64,000 bases of DNA from IMG/VR virus record IMGVR_UViG_3300025874_000005, positions 64,001 through 128,000 of that record. One strand, 5' to 3'. Below, in pieces: positions 58,080 to 64,000 of this stretch. The DNA comes from a virus. Under the pieces are notes generated by a model. It had not been told where the DNA came from, did not search any database, and saw only the letters and a program-made list of their open reading frames with translations. The position numbers were made by a program, and so were the translations under genes. Numbering within the stretch: the stretch's first letter is position 1; the number at the start of each line of letters is the position of its first letter.

Positions 58080-59237
58080 ATGAATAGAAACTTTTTACAA
58101 GAGGCTATCGCCGATGCTAAAGCAGTCAAAGAATCTGCAATAGCAAATGCTAAAGTCGCATTAGAAGAAGCTTTCTCACCTCAAGTTCAAGCCATGTTTG
58201 CTAGTAAACTAGAAGAAATGGAAAAAGACGAAGAAGTGAATGAAGCTTATGATGATGTAGATGAAGCAAAAGATGATGAAATTTCAGAAAAGAAAGAGTA
58301 CATGACCAAAAAGGAAAAGCGCGAAGGTGACGATCGTAAGTCTGATAATAAGGCTGAGACTGAAACTGAAAAAATGCGTAAAATCAAAGAGGAAGAAGAA
58401 ATGGACTTAGACGAAATTTTAGCAGAGTTAGAAAAAGATGAAGATCTTAAAGAAAATGCTCGTACAGACGCTGAAGAAGAAGGCTACAAGGACGGTATGA
58501 AGGACGAAAAAGAGGACTTGAAAGAGGACGAACGTACGGATGCTGAAGAAGAAGGCTACTTAGACGGTGAAAAAGACGAGAAAGAAGACATGGATGATGA
58601 GGACGATGAAGATATCGACCTTGAAGATATGTCAGAAGAAGACCTTAAGAAATTTATCGAAGACGTAATCGAAGATATGGTTAGTGCAGGTGAAATTGAA
58701 GCCGGCGAATCATTCGAAGATGATGTAGATGTTGATGTTGATGCAGATGGTGAAATTGAAATAGAAGATGATGAAGAAACTTCTGTAGATGTAGCTGAAG
58801 CTAAAGACGACATTGATGAATACGGTAAAGAAGAAATCGATGAAGCAAAAGACGAAATGGATGAAGTTAAAAAAGATTTAGATGAAGCAATGAAAACTGT
58901 TGCTACTTTAAGATCTGAACTAAATGAAATCAATTTGTTAAATGCTAAATTACTTTACACAAACAAAGTGTTCCGCGGTAAAAATTTATCTGAAAACCAA
59001 AAGGTTAAAGTGTTAGGTGCTTTTGATAAAGCTGAAACAGTTAAAGAAGTAAAACTTGTATTTGAAACTATTAATAGTAGTGTTAAATCAAAAACTACAA
59101 ATAATTCTATAAGCGAAGGCTTTAGAGCTAAAGGTAGTGCCTCAAATATGTCAGCTCCAAAAGTAACTAAAAAACAACCAATTGTTGAATCAGATGAAAT
59201 GGTCGCTCGCTTTAAAAAATTAGCTGGAATAATCTAA
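58080..59237 (+). CDS. prohead scaffold/core protein (gp22-like)
   Basis: Very acidic, coiled-coil; EAIADAK N-terminus; LNEINLLNAKLLY; C-terminal RFKKLAGII; between protease and MCP; internal duplication RTDAEEEGYxDGxKDEKED. Confidence 0.8.
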   Translation: MNRNFLQEAIADAKAVKESAIANAKVALEEAFSPQVQAMFASKLEEMEKDEEVNEAYDDVDEAKDDEISEKKEYMTKKEKREGDDRKSDNKAETETEKMRKIKEEEEMDLDEILAELEKDEDLKENARTDAEEEGYKDGMKDEKEDLKEDERTDAEEEGYLDGEKDEKEDMDDEDDEDIDLEDMSEEDLKKFIEDVIEDMVSAGEIEAGESFEDDVDVDVDADGEIEIEDDEETSVDVAEAKDDIDEYGKEEIDEAKDEMDEVKKDLDEAMKTVATLRSELNEINLLNAKLLYTNKVFRGKNLSENQKVKVLGAFDKAETVKEVKLVFETINSSVKSKTTNNSISEGFRAKGSASNMSAPKVTKKQPIVESDEMVARFKKLAGII

Positions 59238-59283
59238 TTAAGTAAAACAAAACAATTAATTATTAAATTTAAAAACGTAAAAA

Positions 59284-60924
59284 ATGAGTCAATTAAATTC
59301 TCTTTTAGAAAGCGCTAATCCTTACAAGTCACTACAAAGTGATGCTGCAAGATTAGCCAACAAATGGAACAAGACAGGCTTGTTAGAAGGTATCGGAAAC
59401 GAAACTGAGAAAAACAATATGTCTATGATCCTTGAAAACCAAGCTAAGCAATTAGTGATGGAAGAAAGTAACACCGGTGGTCCACTTCCTGGAGCAGGTA
59501 CATTCACTCCTGGAACAGGAGCACAATGGGCAGGTGTAGCTTTACCACTAGTAAGAAAGGTATTTGGTCAAATCGCAGCGAAAGAATTCGTTTCGGTTCA
59601 ACCAATGAATTTACCTTCTGGTCTAGTATTTTATCTAGATTTCCAATACGGAACTGCAGGTAAACAACCTTTTGCACAAGGCGGATCACTTTACGGTGAT
59701 ACTGACGGTAACTTACCATTTGGTAATGGTGCTACAGGTGGTCTTTATGGTGCTGGTAGATTTGGTTATTCAATTAACAATACTCAATCTGCTGCTTATG
59801 CAGTAGCTTCTGGTTCTGTTGATTGGTATAGTGATTTGAATGCTGATTCTTCAGTATCTCAGTCTTATGTTGCAGGTGCTTCAGGTCAAATTGTAAAATT
59901 AACTGTCCCTTCTGCTTCATTACCTAACTTTGATGAAAGAGCAGTAAGAGGTTTTTACCTTTCAGGTTCAGCTGCTGATTTACCAGCTTCTGCTACTCAA
60001 TACCCACAATTTACTAAAATCAATGGTGCAAACATTGAATTCTTTGTAGGTTCTGATGTTGTTGAAGCAGGTGCATTAAAAGTTGAGTATTTACTACAAA
60101 CAAATGACGCTCAAAGAGGTGATTTTGAAGATGGTAATAACAACTTAAATGCTGACAACACTCCAATTTCAATTCCAGAAATCAATATTCAAATGCAGTC
60201 GGAAGCAATTGTTGCTAAGACTCGTAAATTGAAAGCTGTTTGGACTCCTGAGTTTGCTCAAGATCTTAACGCTTACCACTCTTTGGATGCTGAAGCTGAA
60301 TTAACTTCAATTATGAGTGAGTATATCTCATTAGAAATTGATTTAGAAATTCTTGATATGTTGATCGAATCTGCTGCTGCTGGTACTGAGTACTGGAGTG
60401 CACAGAATAACTTAGCATTAGCTTCAACAGGTGTTGTAGATTCAGATTTAGGTTTCTACAACTCACAAGGACAATGGTTCCAAACTTTAGGAACTAAAGT
60501 TCAGAAATTGAGTAATATCATTCACCAGAAAACTCTAAGAGGTGGAGCTAATTTTATGGTATGTTCTCCAACAGTAGCTACAATTATCGAATCCATTCCA
60601 GGATTTGCTAGTACTTCTGATGGTGATGCTGCTAAAATGAGCTACGCATTTGGTGTACAAAAAGCAGGTACTATCAATTCAAGATACACAGTTTATAAGA
60701 ATCCATACATGACTGAAAATACCATTTTAATGGGCTTTAGAGGTGGACAATTCTTAGAAGCAGGTGCTGTATTTGCTCCATATATTCCGTTAATCATGAC
60801 TCCATTAGTATACGATCCAAATACCTTTACTCCAAGAAAAGGTCTATTAACTCGTTACGCTAAGAAAGTCGTAAGACCAGAATTTTATGGTAAGATCTTC
60901 GTAGAAGGTTTAAACACTCTATAA
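59284..60924 (+). CDS. major capsid protein (gp23-like)
   Basis: VSVQPMNLPSGLVF, AKTRKLKAVWTPEFAQDLNAYH, FAPYIPL, FTPRKGLLTRYA. Confidence 0.97.
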   Translation: MSQLNSLLESANPYKSLQSDAARLANKWNKTGLLEGIGNETEKNNMSMILENQAKQLVMEESNTGGPLPGAGTFTPGTGAQWAGVALPLVRKVFGQIAAKEFVSVQPMNLPSGLVFYLDFQYGTAGKQPFAQGGSLYGDTDGNLPFGNGATGGLYGAGRFGYSINNTQSAAYAVASGSVDWYSDLNADSSVSQSYVAGASGQIVKLTVPSASLPNFDERAVRGFYLSGSAADLPASATQYPQFTKINGANIEFFVGSDVVEAGALKVEYLLQTNDAQRGDFEDGNNNLNADNTPISIPEINIQMQSEAIVAKTRKLKAVWTPEFAQDLNAYHSLDAEAELTSIMSEYISLEIDLEILDMLIESAAAGTEYWSAQNNLALASTGVVDSDLGFYNSQGQWFQTLGTKVQKLSNIIHQKTLRGGANFMVCSPTVATIIESIPGFASTSDGDAAKMSYAFGVQKAGTINSRYTVYKNPYMTENTILMGFRGGQFLEAGAVFAPYIPLIMTPLVYDPNTFTPRKGLLTRYAKKVVRPEFYGKIFVEGLNTL

Positions 60925-60945
60925 TCAATAGATTATAAATAAATT

Positions 60946-60976
60946 AAGAGCCCCGCGTCAGCGGGGCTTTTTTTTT
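60946..60976 (+). terminator. rho-independent terminator
   Basis: AAGAGCCCCGC-GTCA-GCGGGGCTTT + T-run after the MCP gene. Confidence 0.9.
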
Positions 60977-61045
60977 GTTACTAGTGTGTACCTAGTAGGT
61001 AGTTAGTATATTTATACTCGAATATTAATTAAAATAGTTTTTAAA

Positions 61046-61960
61046 ATGAAAGAAACCCCTTCACAGTTACCGATTCAAAGTTATGTAATGAATTTCCCAC
61101 ATACTTTCTCAACAAATGACCCTAATAACGTTTGGATGAAAGAAATGTCCGATAAAGAGTTAGCTATAAATAGACCTAAAGCATACAAACAATTTATGGA
61201 TTTGTATAATTTTATGGCTGGTCAATCATTAGTACATTTGTTACCTGCAGAAGGTAATTTTCAAGATTTAATATACGTTGCTAATTTAGGGTTACAATTA
61301 CCCCACATTAAAGATGAAAACCATATTTTATTATCAAATTATACTTCACCTCCAAGACAGGGTGAAGAATATGTTGGTGAAAAATTCTTTAATCAAATGG
61401 GTTATAAAACCCACATTTCTCCCCATAAATGGGAAGGGGAAGCAGATATAAAATATCTAAAAGATAATGTTTATATTGGGGGGTATGATATAAGATCAGA
61501 TATTAAAACCTACCACTGGATGGAAGAAAATTTTGATATGAAAGTAATCAAAGTTAAAATGGTTGATGAATATATGTATCACTTAGACTGCAGTATCTTC
61601 CCGTTAAATACGCGATCAACTATGGTTTGCACTGAGTTATATGATAAAACAGAGTTAGCGCAAATAAGCAAATATACAAATATAATAGATATAAATGCTG
61701 ATGATTCTACTTATGGAATGGCCAATTCTGTTAGATTAGGAAACATGATATTATGTGCCTCAAACATTTCAGAATTAAAAAAATCAGATGAATTTTATGA
61801 GGGTGAAAAACACAAAATTGAATCATTAGAAAAAATATGTTCTGACGAGGGGATGGAACCTGTTATATTTAATTTATCTGAATATATGAAATCTGGAGCT
61901 ATGTTAAGTTGTATGGTAATGCATTTAAATAGAGTTGATCACTTTAAATCACTTCTTTAA
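61046..61960 (+). CDS. amidinotransferase/guanidino-modifying (pentein) enzyme, arginine dihydrolase/DDAH-like
   Basis: NVWM, DLIYVAN, RQGE, WEGEAD, YHLDC, EYMKSGAMLSC (catalytic Asp/His/Cys). Confidence 0.85.
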   Translation: MKETPSQLPIQSYVMNFPHTFSTNDPNNVWMKEMSDKELAINRPKAYKQFMDLYNFMAGQSLVHLLPAEGNFQDLIYVANLGLQLPHIKDENHILLSNYTSPPRQGEEYVGEKFFNQMGYKTHISPHKWEGEADIKYLKDNVYIGGYDIRSDIKTYHWMEENFDMKVIKVKMVDEYMYHLDCSIFPLNTRSTMVCTELYDKTELAQISKYTNIIDINADDSTYGMANSVRLGNMILCASNISELKKSDEFYEGEKHKIESLEKICSDEGMEPVIFNLSEYMKSGAMLSCMVMHLNRVDHFKSLL

Positions 61961-62727
61961 TGGCTGAAAAACTAGAAGACTGGTTAAATGGAGAAGTTGC
62001 AGAATTATCTAAAAAGTCTGTAGGAGAGTTAAGTAATAATTTTTTCTTTAGAGATCCATTAAGGCCAACACATATAGATTATAAGCATTTTTATAGCCCA
62101 GCAGATGGAACTATTTTATATCAAAAAGTAGTACAACCTGGTGATCAAGTTTTAGAAATAAAAGGTGTTGATTACACACTTCAAGATGTAATGGGAGATC
62201 GTGATTATAATCACCCTTCTTTAGTTATTGGAATATTTATGTCATTTTATGATGTACATATTAATAGAATTCCATACGGGGGTGTACTTAAATATAAACG
62301 TTTGGAGCCTATTGAATCTACTAATCAACCTATGTTAGCTGTAGAGAAGGATATATTAAATAAAGTAATTAATCCTAACAACATGGCATATTTAAAATAC
62401 AATGAAAGAATGTCTAACCAAGTGTATGTTCCCTCTTTGGATTATACATACCATTTAATACAAATTGCCGATGAAGATGTAAATGTAATAGCCCCTTTTA
62501 AACAACAAAATGATCTTTGTGTCCAAAACGAAAGATTCAGTTTAATTAGATGGGGTTCCCAAGTAGATTTAGTTCTACCTCTAGATTCTAGATATGAGTT
62601 TGAGACTGTATTAGATAATACAATGCATGTAAATGCTGGTCTTGATAAATTAATTAAAATAAACCACACTCAAAAATGCCTTCAAAACCCCACACAGACG
62701 AAGTACACAGAAAACAAAGAACTGTGA
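61960..62727 (+). CDS. phosphatidylserine-decarboxylase-fold pyruvoyl decarboxylase (no TM anchor)
   Basis: FFRDP.R, SPADG, IFMS.YDVHINR.P, NER, IRWGSQVD (GS self-cleavage motif). Confidence 0.8.
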   Translation: MAEKLEDWLNGEVAELSKKSVGELSNNFFFRDPLRPTHIDYKHFYSPADGTILYQKVVQPGDQVLEIKGVDYTLQDVMGDRDYNHPSLVIGIFMSFYDVHINRIPYGGVLKYKRLEPIESTNQPMLAVEKDILNKVINPNNMAYLKYNERMSNQVYVPSLDYTYHLIQIADEDVNVIAPFKQQNDLCVQNERFSLIRWGSQVDLVLPLDSRYEFETVLDNTMHVNAGLDKLIKINHTQKCLQNPTQTKYTENKEL

Positions 62728-63410
62728 AGAACCCAATAAAATTCAAAATAAGTTTAAACGAGGAACAAAAAGAAGCCAAACAAAAAATATTAGATAACAC
62801 ATTAACCCTATTAGCCGGAAGAGCAGGATCTGGAAAAACACTCCTAGCATGTCAAGTTGCTTTAGATGGTCTTATACGAAGACACTATTCAAAAATAATC
62901 ATTACTAGACCTACAGTTTCAAAAGAAGAAATAGGATTTTTACCTGGGGATTTAAGAGAAAAAATGGATCCTTGGATTCAACCTATTTACCAAAATATGT
63001 ATGCCTTATATGATAAGGTAAAAGTAGAAAAATTAATTGAGGATGGCAAAGTAGAAATAGTTCCTTTAGCATTTATGAGAGGAAGAACCTTTTTAGACTC
63101 TTGTATTATTGTAGATGAAGCTCAGAATGTTACTCATGAACAAATGGAAATGATTTCAACCCGAATAGGATTAAGATCAAAAATGATTATTTGTGGTGAT
63201 GACCACCAAGTTGATTTGAAATCAAAACGAGAATCTGGTTTTAGATTTTTATACTCAGCAGCTCGTAAAGTAAAAAATATGTGTTCTATTACTTTAATGC
63301 AAAATCATAGAGACCCAATTGTGGATAACTTGATTGAAATTTATGAAGAAGCTGAAAGTAGGGGGATTATTAAAGGATCCTCCGGCACTAGCGGAAAAGC
63401 TAGGCGATAG
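62676..63410 (+). CDS. phoH: PhoH-family ATPase
   Basis: GRAGSGKT, ITRP, GFLPG, MRGRTF, DEAQN, GD..QVD, HRDP. Confidence 0.95.
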   Translation: MPSKPHTDEVHRKQRTVKNPIKFKISLNEEQKEAKQKILDNTLTLLAGRAGSGKTLLACQVALDGLIRRHYSKIIITRPTVSKEEIGFLPGDLREKMDPWIQPIYQNMYALYDKVKVEKLIEDGKVEIVPLAFMRGRTFLDSCIIVDEAQNVTHEQMEMISTRIGLRSKMIICGDDHQVDLKSKRESGFRFLYSAARKVKNMCSITLMQNHRDPIVDNLIEIYEEAESRGIIKGSSGTSGKARR

Positions 63411-63422
63411 TCCTAAAAATTT

Positions 63423-63454
63423 AAAAGGGGCTTAGCAATTAAGCCTCTTTTTTT
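63423..63454 (+). terminator. rho-independent terminator
   Basis: AAAAGGGGCTTA-GCAAT-TAAGCCTCTTTTTTT. Confidence 0.8.
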
Positions 63455-63477
63455 ATATATTTATAACAAAAATAATT

Positions 63478-64000
63478 ATGGCATCAATACTTACTCCATC
63501 AGCATTTCAGATTAAAATAAAGGAGGAACACGTAGTTAAGGGTATTAAAACTACAAATGAAACATTTTTTACATTAGGGAATATTACTAATGTAGATAGA
63601 AGAATAGTTACAATACCAGCTCAAACTCCAATTGATTTATTTAATGTCAATGGGGTAAGACCTTCAGCAGGAACTTTTCCATCAAGTAGTATGAAATATG
63701 CTAGGATTACTAATTTAGACACAACATCTTCATTAGCAGTTTCTTTTACATCATCAAAGTCACCTGATGGGATAGGCGTTATAGGTACGGATTTAACTTC
63801 ATCTTATACAAGCGGTGGTGTTGGGGGTGTAATTGGGTTATACGCAGGTGTACCAACTACAGCAAGTGTTAGTGGTAGTGGGATGACATTAGATGTTGTT
63901 ATTTCTTCATCTTTAATAATGAGTCAAAGTTTAGGATTAAATATTGCACCCGATGATTGTGCTACTGGAACTTATAATGTTAATTTAATAGGAGGTAGCG
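63478..64000 (+). CDS. probable virion protein, 3' truncated by window
   Basis: Open frame MASILTPSAFQIKIKEEH...VDRRIVTIP...KYARITNLD... to the window end; TATTTATA at 63458. Confidence 0.65.
   Translation, partial: MASILTPSAFQIKIKEEHVVKGIKTTNETFFTLGNITNVDRRIVTIPAQTPIDLFNVNGVRPSAGTFPSSSMKYARITNLDTTSSLAVSFTSSKSPDGIGVIGTDLTSSYTSGGVGGVIGLYAGVPTTASVSGSGMTLDVVISSSLIMSQSLGLNIAPDDCATGTYNVNLIGGS

Noticed and set aside
1620-62669. All minus-strand ORFs in the track
   Set aside because: They are shadows of longer, motif-bearing + strand genes (or lie in the structured intergenic DNA) and have no recognisable motifs or promoters.
62676-63410. PhoH and UvsE as novelties
   Set aside because: Both are common auxiliary genes of large aquatic phages.
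1-64000. Stop-codon reassignment (as in some Bacteroidetes phages)
   Set aside because: Core genes are intact under code 11, TAA/TAG/TGA all occur at sensible gene ends, and there is no suppressor tRNA.

Overview
All credible genes in this 64 kb, AT-rich window lie on the + strand of a large T4-like (myovirus-type) bacteriophage. The host is probably a Bacteroidota/Flavobacteriia member: there is a T9SS C-terminal sorting domain, an Hc1-like protein, Bacteroidetes-like promoters and no Shine-Dalgarno motifs. In order, the window holds: (1) the 3' end of DNA ligase; (2) an early region of one-gene cassettes, each behind a repeated promoter/palindrome element (DUF932, cytidylyltransferase and UvsE follow); (3) a tRNA cluster (Leu-UAA, Arg-UCU and a rearranged tRNA-like RNA with a UAU loop); (4) a T9SS-secreted protein, an HD hydrolase and a gp55-like sigma factor; (5) a baseplate module (gp5-, gp25-, gp6-like and a 2722-aa protein with a Hint domain); (6) GIY-YIG nuclease, primase and exonuclease; (7) a ~13 kb block of modular proteins punctuated by [IL]-x-E sites that look like capsid-packaged polyproteins; (8) an FAD-oxidoreductase/cupin/FkbM/P-loop operon; (9) the head module (terminase, portal, prohead protease, scaffold, major capsid); (10) an amidinohydrolase + PSD-fold decarboxylase + PhoH operon. 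The best candidates for undescribed biology are the protease-processed capsid payload, the putative Arg->Orn->putrescine gene pair, the rearranged tRNA(UAU), and an unannotated 22-aa, 9-Cys metallothionein-like peptide. All family calls come from motif recognition by eye; no searches were run.
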